This document shows, one piece after another, positions 12,446-25,482 of a stretch of 64,000 bases of DNA. Below the pieces are notes generated by a model. It had not been told where the DNA came from and ran no database searches. It worked only from the letters and a program-made list of their open reading frames with translations. The position numbers were made by a program, and so were the translations under genes. Positions within the stretch are counted from its first letter, which is position 1. Each line of letters begins with the position of its first letter. Source of the DNA: Klebsormidium nitens (taxonomy: Eukaryota > Plantae > Klebsormidiophyceae); contig DF236965.1 of assembly GCA_000708835.1 (NCBI GenBank), positions 337,726-401,725 on the forward strand, given 5' to 3'.

Positions 12446-13446
12446 CCGAAGCGTTGGAGTTTTGCTCGCCCACTGAGGGCTCTAGACCAGCGGCTGGGTC
12501 TTAGCGGGGAATTAGGCAAAAGATTTTGTCCATGCACGAGATCCTAGACATAGTCCACTTACAGGTGTAGACAAACCGCTTGCATAGGGCACGCAGCCTG
12601 CACACGGATTCCCAACGAGTCGGGTTGAGTGGGTTTGATAAATCGAGGTCCACATGAGGCCCAAATGTTGCGGTACCATACAATGCTTTTGTAGGGCGGA
12701 GATGCAGTCAGTAAGACACAGCCGTATAGTATGTGAGCTTCAGTCAGTCAAATAGACAATGGACGATGGTTACAAAGTTTTCTGCAAAAGAGAATCACAG
12801 CATCTAGTCTTCAAGAACCAGGCGTGCATTCACAGATTTGTTGCGTTTTATGCTCGCATCTCCATATTGTCGATCTTTGCAACGCCCGCACATTCATGAA
12901 CAGCAGTAGTTTGCTTTGCCATGTCTAACTAAAAGGCACATGACCGTCTGATTGTTGAAAGTCTATAGGCCGAAAATGGCGACAGCAAATGATGGCCCGC
13001 AAATATGCATGACGGCCAGGATGCCCAACTAGGTGAAGGCGTCAATTAACGTACGTTCAACATGTGCTCAGACGGCTGGCAGTGTACGTACGTGTTGTTG
13101 CATGCATCTGCATCTCTAGATCAGTGCAATTCAAGCCGGGATGAGATGTCACTCCATGATGCATGTGACATCGTCATGCTAGGCCCACGCATTTTACGGC
13201 GCCCATTTTCATGAAGCAGGTTGCTCCAGACGAGGTATCACGGCACACTCGACGGCAACCTCCGCCACGATTACCTTATATCATAGCAATATACTTTCAT
13301 TTGCTCTTGACAAACTCGAACTAAGCGACCACTGCCCACCGCCGCTGCGGCTCGTAACGTTACCAATGTAGAAGATCGTGTATAAAAATCGGATCATTGA
13401 TCTCTGATTGGCCGCAGCCTAACTCATTCGCAGACCGTGGATCCTC

Positions 13447-16400
13447 TCAGTAGAGAATCTGGTCAAACACGGCCGACAGATCGGGGGCCACAGCTGCGGA
13501 CAGCGTCTCGGACAGCTGCTTGGCCTCCCGTCCGAAATCGTCCGCCAGCAGCTTCAGCAGCGGCTGGTACTGCGTCTGCTTGCGGCTCAACACCCGTCGA
13601 AAGGCGCGCAGGCCCAGCCAGAGCACCTGAACAGTGGGTCAGATTCGACTCGATGAGTTTCGCAGCTCGGACTTTCCTCATAACACTGAGAGAGCTCCGA
13701 CCCGGCCAGTCGCAAATCCTGTGTTCGGATGAGGTCGTTGCTTATCCAGCAGAGCCCAAAAGCGCCCAGAACAGCCTCCAGGAAAAGAACTTTCTTCTCC
13801 TGTCTCGACCGAGGAGCCGTCATTTGACTCCGTGAAAAGGGTTGCTGCCGTCAACCAGAAAGCGCTCCATGGCGACGAGTCACCTGGAACAGAGACGAGT
13901 TCGTAGCAAAGAGGGCGAACAAGCAAGGAAAGAGCGTAGATATGCACGAGCGACAGCTGATAGCTTACCAGACCGGACTAAAATTCCAAAAGCACTACGC
14001 ACTAATCGAAAAGACACCGTTGAGAAGTTTTACCTGGGACTTGGAGACCTTGCCGGAGCACCCGGTGCCTCTCCGGCGCGCAGCCTCTCTAGCCGTCCCC
14101 ACGGCTGCAGACAGGTAGCCGATCGCCTTCCAGATTTCACGGGCCAGGAACTCGGGATTGCTCCGGGGATCCCCACCGGAAGCGGAGAGGAAGCAGTGGA
14201 ACTTGATGGCGCACAGCAGGAAGGCCTGGCAGGGTAAAGGAGAATGGGCTGACGTCAGAGCGTACGAGTGACGTCAGCAACTCGCTTTCAAGACGAGGGC
14301 GGAGACAACCTGTGCCGACGTGGGTGCTCGTGTAAGATCCGTGAGGCGCGCAGTTGAGCAGATGACGTCAGCCGTTCGTTGAGAACGTCTGGGAGACCTG
14401 CAATCCGCTGAATTGGAAATGCTGGCGCGAAGGGCGCACAGAGTAAGCGAATCAAGGGGACCCAGCATAGTTAGATCTACGGCAGCAGTTCATTTTTCAG
14501 ACTCAAGCCAACTTTTGTAATCGATCACTGGCAGCTAGAGTGAGAGAGCTTAAGGTTGACATGCTTGAAAGAGGTTAAGGCTGACATGCTACAGATAAGT
14601 TGACAATCAGATTCCTGTGGCGCCACGCCTTTGACACACCTGATAGATGTTCAGCCTAACCGTGGTCGGCGAGTTGATGGCGGTGTCAAAGAAGACCGCG
14701 TGGCACTTGGGGCGCAGCCACAGGCACAGGCGGTCAGCCAGGATGGCGCCACGTCGGCCCTTGGTCACATCGACGGCCATGGAGTCGCGGATGTACTCGC
14801 CGCTGTACCGAGTGTAGTCCGCTTGTACCTCCAGGGTCTCGGAGTTGAGGAGGAGGCCGCACCAGCGGATGAAACTAGAGCGAGCGAAAAGGGCAGGGTC
14901 AATTGAGGGGTCAGTCAGATTTTGCACTTCTAACCAGGGGATTGAATCAGACTTTCACGCATTTGCCACTTGAAGTTTCAGCAACCCCTACGTTAGCTTT
15001 GACTTCCGTTTGGAAGATATTTGAAGGTGAAAGCGTGACTGTTGTTTGGCAAAGGGTTCGAGAAACGCGCGTATTCTATGCAGCAGCATCGCCAGGACCT
15101 TTTAAGAGTCCCGTACCTAGGTGTCGGAGTCGGATCCTGCAGCGCTTTTAGAGAAAAATTTCTTCTTATCGGTAAGATACGTTTTCATATCTTTCTATTG
15201 AGCTGTTTGAGTGGCAATTTCCTGACAGTTGAAAATGTGACCTCTCAATTGCAAACCCTCACCTTCTTCCGCTTCCGTCGACGTACATATTCTGCGCGCG
15301 CAAGCCCCCCTGCTCGTCGTTCAGATCAAAGTTGAGGCACGTCTTCGCCGGGTTCGCCTCCGCGCCATACGCCGGGAAACCCGCGTGCATCGCGCCCAGG
15401 TACGCTGCCACGTGGCGCTTGGACGTGGACAGGAAAAGTGAGTCGTCCACCCACCGCATGAGGAGCGACTGGGGCCCGGAGCCGCTGCTACGTGGCCCAT
15501 TCTCATTGGCTGGTGCAGGCCGTTTCTCGTTCCGCCTGTCGACCCCGTGGTCCGAGGTGCCGCCGGCTGCGGCATCTCGCTCTAGTTGCGTCCCAATGTT
15601 TCTGGACTCCCCCCGGTTTTCTTCTGCTCTTGTTGTCCCGGTCTTTGGTGCACGTTCTAGAGGGGCTGTGCAGGTCGTCACTCTCTGCCGGCTTGTAGTT
15701 TCCCAGGGGGGCTCTCTTCCCGGCCAGTCATCCCCCCTGCCCACGCTTCCCCAACCCCTTTCCCCAGGCGACGTCCCCTCGTCTTGCGAGGCATACCCTT
15801 GCTCGATCTCCCAAAAGCACCCCCCCTCGCCGCTGTCGATCTCGACCCCCCCGGAAAACCCGCCGTCAGGTCCCTCCGCTTCGCTTTCGGTTTCGCTTGA
15901 CTCCATCCGCAACCAAGCCTCCGTTCCATCGTGCTCCGGGGTCCGCGGTTCCGGGGGCTCATTCACACCGTCGCTGAGAGCGCGGGCTGGGCTGGATGGG
16001 AAAAGGCCCTCTTCGAGGGGACGACCCGCACCGAACCCCTCTCCGAGACCTGCTCCAAGCCCGGCCGTGACGTTAGCTTCTTCCGACTTGCTCCTTCGGC
16101 GCAGAAGCACTGCTTCGCTGACGTCAGACTCCTGCGGGCGGTCTGGAGATATCATTCCGTTCAGACCCCTGCCGTTCCGTTCACTCCCAAACCGCCCGTC
16201 CTGTTGGCCAACCCCCGGTTCTCCGCCAGAGGCCCGGTCGCCGCTTTTCGCTCCCGCCCTTCCGCTAACTAATTCCGTTCCGCTGTCCGGTTCCGTTCCG
16301 CTGCCTCCCGACAAGGCCTCTTCGCAGGCTTTCCGCTCGAGCAACGGCATGAGCACGTTGTTCTCGAGGTGGGCGTAAAAGAAGGAGCAGAAGAGAGTGG

Positions 16401-19400
16401 ACAGAATGGACCCCTGCGCGATGCCGCGCCGCTGGTGTAAATATGCTCGCCCATAGCGCACCACGCTGCCGAACAGGTGCTCCCGGATGAGCTGCAGCTG
16501 CTTTCCCCGACTGATCTCGGAGCAGTTCACCTGAGAAAGAAGACGACAATTGATGTGACGGAGTGCTTGGGGAGACTGGTGCTGAGTAGACGCTGCCGCT
16601 TATGGACACGGTTGAAGGTAGATCATCACATTGAAATTTTCTCTTCCCTAGCTTGAGTTTCCCTTTTCAATCACTTTGAACTATCTTCTCTCGCCAAGTT
16701 CAAGCAGTGCAGTCGTCGGTGCAAGTAATGCTTCAAAGGCGACAACGGCCAGCAAGAGATGACACCAAGCATTGCATGAAAACCACAAGCGTTGCATCTG
16801 TGCGAGTTTACGGAACTTGTCAACAGCTATAATACTGAACACGCAAGCTCCCTTCCCTGTGCCCAAACGGCCCGCATCGCTCACCTGGTCTACAAACACC
16901 GCGCCCCCGGCCTTCTGTGACGTCAGCCGCCGAAGCGCCTCCTGGAAGGCCCGGTACGCCACGTGGGGCTCGCTGACGTCGACTGACGTCGCCAGTTTCT
17001 CCCCACGCACTCGCACGGCGCCAAATGCGGGGGTCGCGCGCGCATTCCAGAGCAGCTGGTAGACGGGCGACCGGAACAGGGCTTGCACGATCTGCGACGT
17101 CAACGAGAGGAGCTTTTGGGTTACTCAGTCTGTCCTCAAATGAAGGCAACGAAGAGAGACTACCTAGTCAAATCACGTAACTACTCGCAGGCCGAGTGGC
17201 TTGGAGCCTAACGGTCAAAGACTACGAGGTTCGAACGCTCAAAACGGTGCTATGATTGGACGGGTTTCACTGCTTGAGGCGGCGAATGGGACGTCCTATT
17301 TCTAGCTTTACATCGTAAAAGAGCTTGGTTGGATGTCACAAACAGAAATCGAGGATCGAATAGCCTATCGAGAGAGTCAAGAAGAAGACTGTACAGATGT
17401 CAATGATGGAGGTCGATAGGTCAGACGGATGATGGAAACGCAGCTGAGGATGAAAGCGTGAAAACTTCGACGATATAGAGCATGTTCATGCCGAAAGCAG
17501 ATTGATGACAAAGCTACGATTGCACACCCCCGGATTTGACATTGATCACGTTTGGTGATTCAACAGAAGTGTCAGGCCTCATTTGGAAATCTACTCCCGT
17601 TGCAGGCGCGGAGAAAAGAACGCCCAAAAGGAATCATTTCGCACCTGCCAGAGGAACTCCTGCGGGATGGTGTCATACGCCGCTGCGATGTCACACCCCG
17701 CCATGAAGACCTTCGGCATCGGTGCCCCGGGTTTGGTCCTTAACCCGCGCACAAATCCCCGCAGTTTTGCATGGATGTCGTCAAACCCGAAAACCGAGCA
17801 ACCCAAATCCTCCGAACCCCGCCACTTCTCCAGCTTCAGAATCGCGTGCGCGTCGCCCAGCAGCTTGTTCGGTGCGCCAAACTCTAGAACCTTGGACGTC
17901 GGCAACGGACAGCTGGCGGCTGTCGTGGCAGCGCCCGCGAAACCTCTCGCGCCCGGCCGTCCGAACGGATCCGCATTCCGTCCGGTTCCGTCCGCGTTCC
18001 GTCCGACACCGTCCCGCTTGCGTCCGACAGTAGTCGAGCCCCGTCCGAAAATGTCCGCAACCCGCTCGAAGCCATCCGCTTGCGGCCCAAGTCCGGCGGA
18101 CTCACGTCCAGACACGTCCTGTTGATGTCCAAAGCTGTTCGAACTCCACCTTTGCTCGCGCACATGCCCGCCCTCCAGGCCGTTCCGTCGCCGCTGAAGC
18201 CCACCCAACGAGTTTCGCCGTCTGAACGGACTCCTCACACCCGCGGTCGATACCGATCTCTGGTCCGCTCGAGTTTCAATCCGCACGACGCTCTTCGCGC
18301 CCAGCCGCGCGATTGGGCGCATCCCGTTTGCCTTTGGCAGCAGCCGCATCTCCGCGGGGCCGAAAACGCGCCCCTTGCTCGCGAGCAGCGCCTCGGCGCT
18401 CCCGGCTGACACGTGGCAGTACGGTCCGCCAGGGCCCGCCAGGTGGCGCACGCTGAGTGCTGCCAGGTGGCGCCACAAGGGCTTGCGGTAGTAAAAGACC
18501 TTCTGCTTGTGGGGCTCGGATTCGGTGACGTAGAAGTGGCTCCGCAGGAGGGGCACAACTAGGCTCGCGAACAAAAAATAGAGCCACTCGGAGAGGCGCC
18601 GCCGGAGCGCTGCCGTCTTTTCTGGCGGAAATTTTGGCATCTGCTTGGCAGGGGTGGAATGGGGCGCAGCCTGAAGGGGGCTTTGGGTGTGGGAAACTCT
18701 AATCTGCGGCTCTTGCGTCAGGGGCACGTCAGCATCAAAATGGAACGGTGAACCCGTCCCAACAGCATCAGGTAACCACGCATTCTCCCGCAGAAAGGCC
18801 TGGACGCGACCGGTGACTTCCACCGGCCCGGATTCACCCGCCAAAACGACGCCCGATTGCAATTCTCCGGTTGCCAGCCCTCCCGAACCGCCCATCCCGC
18901 CGTCACCAGCACTTCTCTCCAATCCACCCCCAGGAGCGCCCCTGGGAACCACCCCCTCGGAACGAGAGTCCCCCTCCCACAGCCATGGAAAGTCCGCCAG
19001 CCTCAGCCCATGCATCAGCTCCGTCAAACTCATCGTCTCAAATCGCCCGAGCCGCACAAAGCGATTCACGTGGCCTCTGAGCGCGCGCCCGCTCGCGCTG
19101 CCACGTGGCCCACCCAGAAGCGCCCCCGGGACTGCCTTCCGGAGCGCGGTCCACACGAACGCTGCCACGTGGCAGTGCTCGCAGAACTGGCCAATCAGCT
19201 GCTTGTACGTGGCGTCCGGAGCGAGGTGGGTGGGGAGCAGCGCAGCAAGGCCTCCGGAATCGCCGGCGGAGTGCTGGGATGGAGGGGCACAACTGAAGGC
19301 CCTGTTTTGCTCGACGTCGCCAGCATTCCCGTGCCGTGAATTCCCAGCTTCCGCTTCCTGCTGAGCGACAGAACCGGTCTTCTCAAATGCGTAATTGCTT

Positions 19401-22400
19401 CCCGCTTCGTGGCGAGGGTTCTCATCCTCAGACATGCACTCGTCTTCATTTTCATCTTGACCACCCCGCCACTCCAAGACCCGTCCCCGATCTTCCTCGT
19501 CTTGAGTTAAGTACCCGTCGCTGAGGCCTTGTACACTCATGCAGTCCGCATCCTCCCCCTGCTCTTTGCTGCCCCTACTGGCTTCAACAGGGCCTCCCCG
19601 TTCCTTCTCTTCCCTATCCAAACGCCGACCCGAAGCCTCAGACGCCAAACCCGTAGCCAAACCCGCCACAAACCTTCTTTCCACGCCTGTCATCGAATCG
19701 GGCTTACAAGTGGATGGCAAATCGGGCTCCGGCCCTGATTCCGGGCACTCTCCATCCCTCCCCCTCTCTTCTTCCTTGCCTCCCCGTTTGGCATTTCCCG
19801 CATGAGGCCTCCTATCACCTCTCGTCTTCCGCAGCGTTTCCGGCAACGGGCAATGGCGCGCGAGCAGCCTGCCCAGGTCGAGCTTTTTCACAAGGACGAG
19901 CAGGTCGCGGAAAAGAGGCAACACCGCTTGGAGTTGACGGGGCGCCCGCCTGCAGGGCGACGATCCAGGTGGTTTCAGCCGTAGTGTAAGTACAGCAACC
20001 AAATGCATTCGCTTACCCTTTCAAGCGGGGGAAAACGTTGTCGATCATTTCGATATATTATCTTTCTGCTCACGGCATTTGGACCATCTGCCTTTGCTTG
20101 AGGGGCGCTTTTGGAGAGAAGCTAATGGATCACTCAGTCCTAAACGTTTGCGACACCGACAGTTCTTAGAGCTCTGTCAGTTGGCCCCATATGACAGGAC
20201 GCGTGTTGCTCCGGAAGATCATACACGGCAATGTAACCTTCAATGAAAGTATCAGAGCTTCCCAGAAAAGAATCGTTCCAGCTCTTACAGAATCTAGATG
20301 ACTGGCTGAAGCGCAAGTCCTCAAGAAATGACAGTAAGAGATCCAAACGGACGTCTAAACAGAGTAGAACAGAGCAAACTTCCACTGACCATTCTTTCGC
20401 CTCCGTGTTGGCCGCCCCCGTTGCTGTTTCCGGCCGGACAGACCCAAAGGCTGCTTGGAAGCTTGTTCGTGGTTTGGGCTGTGCAATCATTGGCGCAGCT
20501 GATGCGGGCTCGAAAACGTGCCACACGAGAGCCTTTGCAGCCGCACCGTCGGTCCCCAGAGAAGAGAGGATGTCTGTAACATGGGCGGAATCAAGGAATC
20601 ATCCGGAAACTGACGGAATAGACAAGAAGCCTCCGCTGACGGATGTTGAGGCAGACGGAGCAAAGCAGTGGGTAGAGCTCCGGGCAAGTGTCCGACATCG
20701 AGGAGGAAGCGTTATGCCTGGTACTTGTCGCCAGAATACCGTCCCAGCATGAGAGTGACGACCTCAGAACCATGATTTCGAACAGATTGGCAGACACACC
20801 GGAGCAAGATCAAGATCCCAAACACCGAAACGTTAGCATAAAGAGCAACAATACAAGCTGAACGATATTGTTGATCAACGTTGACGTAGCGGCAGGATAC
20901 GTGACGTGGGCAGTCCCGCCTTTCGCCCGTGGCTGGCGTTGTAGAACATGGCGGCTCGAGGAAGAAGCCTTGGTCCACTCTTCGCAGCCCTCACCGTCGG
21001 CGACCCCTTGGCTGGCGCCGCGGGCCTCTGGGTCGCCGCCCCTGGCTTTGAAGACCTTGCTTCCGAGCGACGAGGCAACATGGGCTCTGTCTGATCCAGC
21101 GGACGCTTTTTGAGATCTGATCGGAAGGGATCCCTTTCTTCTGCCCTGGTACCGATACGGCCCCCAGGACCAAACCTTCGGACCGAGGCCGTTTCGCAAC
21201 TGTTTGGCAGACAGTTCGATTGGTCAGCACGCCGGAACCTTTCCACCTCATGTACACCCGGCGTCTTCCTCCGGCTGACCGCGACCGAGGCGCCCTTCCC
21301 CTGGATCACCACCCGGTGACTCTTCTTCCAAGCGCCCGCCAAAGCGGGCTCCTGCGTGACCGGCTCTTCTTCCAAACCCTCCAAACCCTCCAGGGACGCG
21401 CGCTCGCTCGTCGCATCGCGCTCTGCCGCAGCTCTTCTCCGCCTCTTCCGCTGCCAGCTGCTCTCCCTGACCCGCTTTCGTTTCCCTGCGTCGGGGGCCG
21501 TCCCCTCCGAAGGGCGTTCCTCCGGCTCTCGACCAGACTCCTCTTGCGTCAGAGGGCCAAAGTCCTTGTCCGAAGGTTCCGCTGGACTTGCACAATCCAT
21601 GTCGGCCCGACTTCCACCAAATTCCCTTCTTGACAGCCCAGGGGACACTCTAACGTGAATAGGCTCCAAGCAGGGCGTCAGATCTTCCGGTCGCCCTTCT
21701 GCGACCGGTTCGCCCAGACGCTCCCCCCGTTTTCTCAGGCCTGCGGCCCCCTTGTCACACTTGTTCCTCATGACGTCTTCCAGTCCCCCCCCAGGTCCTC
21801 TTGCGCCTCCTGACGCCCCCCGCAATCTCTCAAGTGCGGCTTTCTGGCCTATACTCCCCTGGGCCTCAAAGCGGGCCACGTGGCAAGGATTCTGCCCCTC
21901 CGCCCCTCCCCGCATCCGTCTCACCACCGGCTCCTGGCTTAAGGGGCCCTCGCTGACGTCCTCGGACTCGCTTAAGTGCGTCAACGCTGGGTGGCTTTGA
22001 CCGTCCAGAACCGACGCTTTCTCTTCATCATTTCTGAATTTCCCCGATTTTTGCTTCCTGTCAGGTCTCTCAGCTACTTCGTGACTGACCGCTCGACCTC
22101 CACAAAACGAAATCGTTTCCCGCAAACTCCGCTTGGACCCCGCCTTCGCCCGTTGTTTTGCGGCCCTCGCACAGCCATCCTCTCTGCGCTCGTTTCCTCC
22201 CTTTGGTTGCGTCGGCCTCCTCCGTTTGCCATCGACAAACCGCACGTGTGCTGATCCCTCTGGCCCACAACTCGAATCCGCCACCCGAGCACTCTTCCGC
22301 TTTCTGCTGACGTTTGCAGGCTGAGGGGGATCCCTTTGCAGTGGGGCCGACGGCTGGAGGCGCTTCTTCCATACAAGGTCGGTGATAGGCCGTCCGCAGA

Positions 22401-24760
22401 CTTGAAGCAGGCAGCCGTTGGGTAGAGGGACGAAGATGGAACTGTTGCGCAGGAGGTGGAGCATGGTAGGGGCGCCAATCTGTACGATGTGAAGTGACGT
22501 TCAAAAAGAATGACGCGTGCTCGTTACTTGAGCACGTGTTGCTGCCTGTGCGTTTCGATGGTGGTCCTCGAGAAATCAAGGCGGGTCTCAGTCTCCATCG
22601 GAGTCTCCCTAGGATCTACTTTTAGGTTCACTTATTGGTTTCAGACGTTCGATTCTTATTTGCAAGCCGACATCAAGAGTACCAGGATGAATTCGCGACC
22701 AACTGTATGAAAGTTTCACAAACTCAGGTGCAAAATTGGTCACTTATGAGCGACTTTTGTCAAGCGACACGCACTTCGGTGTCCATCTTCTGGCAGCAAT
22801 TGCGCCTGGACGAGTGGCAAACTCCGAGTGGCTTCCATTTTTTGACATGAGATCAACGGAGAAATTTATGTTAGTCGAAGACACTGCCAGCATACAATCT
22901 ACAGGATGTTAAGAGCTGAACATGGCGTGTCGTATTCAAGCAAAGTTAATCGGATCCTGAAAAAACGCGGTCAGGGAGTACGTCAGATTGTTTCAAGGAG
23001 CATAGCCTGGCCTCTGAACCCATTACAGCAATCGTCGAAGAAAAAGCAGCCGTAACACGACTGTCCTCAAGCAGAACCTTTCCACTTTTTTGACACAGGG
23101 CATAGATTGAGGTTCAAAGGTACTCACCCGGCTCAAGAGCAGCTCCCAGGGGGGTGACGTCACCGCAGCAAAGGCGCTGCTCAGGCCGAGGCACTCAACG
23201 CCGCTGGTGTTCGGGAGGGGTTGTCCTTGTCTTCTCACATGAGCGCCGGCCTGTAGCAGATTGTTTTGTCAAATTGACATATCTCTTCGTTGATGAATTT
23301 CTTCGTCTCTACGATAAAAGCCAGGAATCTTTCTCTTGTACGGCAAAGTAAGCAGAATCTACTGGAGAGTCTGAATTGGCTTTGTCAGACCTGACTAGGC
23401 TACTGACATGGCTCGTGTGCAACTTGGAGGAGATTGATGAGATTCGGGAGTGGAAGCTTCTCGTCTCCAAAGCTTGCCAACACGTTTCCAACGGTTTTCG
23501 TTCTTAGACCGGACATTGGGGATGGATAGTCGGGGTGATGTAGCCCTGGTGGATTGGAGATTGGAGAATGGAGATTGGCTGCCTCAACAAGCTCAACAGG
23601 GCTGAAGACATGAAGGGCGCATTCAAGATTATAACAAAACCACCAGCCTTTTCCCTGGCCGAATTATATCTCTAAGCCAAAGCCTGCAATTCAACACTAA
23701 GGTCAGGCGTCAACCACGAAAGGACCTCTACAGAACAAACGGCAGATTCGCGCATTCAGGAATACTTATCCAAGGCATCCTCTGTCTGAACGTCACATGG
23801 TGGCGGACGAAGCGGCTTACCCTCTGATGCCCCTGACAAAGGAGATCGCTGGGCCGGCCGCCTTTCTGGAAATGCAGCTCAATGGCCCGGTTGACCAGCT
23901 GGGGTCAGAAGGAAAGGGGGGAGCGTGTCAGAAAGTCCATCATTCTCCTGGTTCTGGTTCTGCTACCTTATCTCAACGGCTTTTGCTACGTCTACATTTG
24001 ACGTGACTCAAAAAGCGCTCTCTAATCAGTCAATCATGCAACCAGACTAGAAATTGCTGAGCAAGCTTTGCAGGCCTACACGTTTGGCATCATTCTCCTG
24101 TGTGTAGGAACAGTCAAGCTCAATCTACGTCCGCAAACTCCTGCTGTCCTGCTTATCCTCCTGTTAAGGCATGCGAAGTGAGATAGATTGTTGGACTACC
24201 ACCCCGCAGAAATCCTCTTTCAACATATGTACCTCAGTTTGCGTCCACCCATGGTCGTCCTCCCCGCTCCGGCCCCCTCTAAACTGCGGTGCCCTTTCGT
24301 TCAACACCACAAAGGTCTCCTCCAACAAGCGCACTCTGTGGTCCTCAGGATCAGTCTCAAGTACCAAGCCGCGACTCTTTGGACCAGCTCTACAGTGGAC
24401 AGAACCGGTGGTTGTTTCAGAATTTGGCTTCTGAATGTTGCTCCTTTCATGCTCGTTAGGATTCTTGCTCTCTCTACCCTTCTGTCCGGTTCCTGCTCTT
24501 GGAATGCGAGGCCCACATTCGCAGCCATTCACCTCTCCTGCTACTGAGTCCAGATGAGCCCCGCCATGCTGGGGGGAAAGTGACGCCAAGCACCCCCCAG
24601 CACTTGCATTTTGAGCGCCACACTCAATGCTGGCTCTCCCTATGATGATGCCCAGAAGTCCGCCAAGACTGTGCACGTTGCTGTAGATGTGCCTGAGGAT
24701 CTTGGGGCATGTTAGATTGTTGGCTGCCAGAGGAGCACTCGCCTGTGAAGAAAGCTTCAT
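13447..24760 (-). CDS. TERT: Telomerase reverse transcriptase, about 2,290 aa, 11 exons
   Basis: Exons 24760-24233, 23898-23821, 23250-23128, 22479-20901, 20573-20390, 19949-17645, 17091-16885, 16530-15263, 14874-14640, 14225-14034, 13626-13447 (6879 nt, phase-consistent). TEN (WELLLSR|IGAPTMLHLLRNSSIFVPLPNG), CP (LLARHCPLP), QFP (HCHVAAFVWTALRKAVP), T (FYVTESEPHKQKVFYYRKPLW), 1/2 (MRLLPKANGMRPI), A (CDIAAAYDTIPQ), B' (GIAQGSILS), C (RWVDD), D (AEANPAKT), E (WCGLLLN), CTE (AFLLCAIKFHC; WLGLRAFRRVLSRKQ; ends FDQILY*). Exact start codon less certain. Confidence 0.95.
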
Positions 24761-25482
24761 TGCTTATTGAAGCTTGTCCAATGCATCTTTTGGTCAGAAG
24801 AAGAGCTGTTTACAATGAAATGTGCGAATGAGGATACTCTAGCCAGGCGTGCAGCTCAGATTTTAAAGGTTGATCACTGTCTTTTGCAATGAGCTCCCCT
24901 TCAGACCTTTCTTGTTGAAGGCCAGCTTTTCCAGCAGCTGAAAGCCACAATGCAGGCTGTCGCAGAGCGCGTGCTGTGGCTCAGAAACCAGGTCGGATGT
25001 CAGTAGACCGACAATGTAGCTTCATGCAGATCGGGAGAGTCGAATTGGCACCTTTTGCCATTAGTTGGTTGGTTGAAATCAGCGTCGTATGCAGAGATTC
25101 GGACTGCTATGCCAGGCTTCGCTTGACGGTCCTTTCTGCGGTGCCGTTCCGTAGTTGTCGTTTCGTGCTCGAAACAAGGTCTGAGCAGTTAGCGGTTGGA
25201 AGAACGGCATTGACGTTGTGCACGTTTAACCTACTCAATATGGTACTTTCGGAGCCAATTTACGACATTCACAGAAAAGGAGTTTGCTCGAAAAGTGCTG
25301 CACATGCAGCTATCGTGGACATTGAGGAAAGCTAGGTAGGTTGCAGATCTGCCAAATCTGCTCATAGCCAATAGAAGGGGCCCTCTTCCACTCCTCGAGG
25401 AGGAGCCTGCCTGCATTGCTGGCTAGCGTAGTCATGTACTCACCTTAGAGGCAAATCTGCTCGTGGGACCGGCGTCTCTACG

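Noticed and set aside
15332-16378. 348-aa plus-strand ORF and many other long ORFs antisense to TERT, MYND and DIRS gag (e.g. 62903-63802)
   Set aside because: Shadow ORFs of GC-rich coding sequence; low-complexity translations without domains.
17189-17238. tRNA-like A box (AGGCCGAGTGG) and B box (GGTTCGAACGC) in a TERT intron
   Set aside because: Spacing is too short and no acceptor or anticodon stem can be folded; at most a decayed SINE or chance.
21371-21391. CCAAACCCTCCAAACCCTCC resembling telomeric repeats inside TERT
   Set aside because: Encodes LEGLEGLE on the coding strand; not a true CCCTAAA array.
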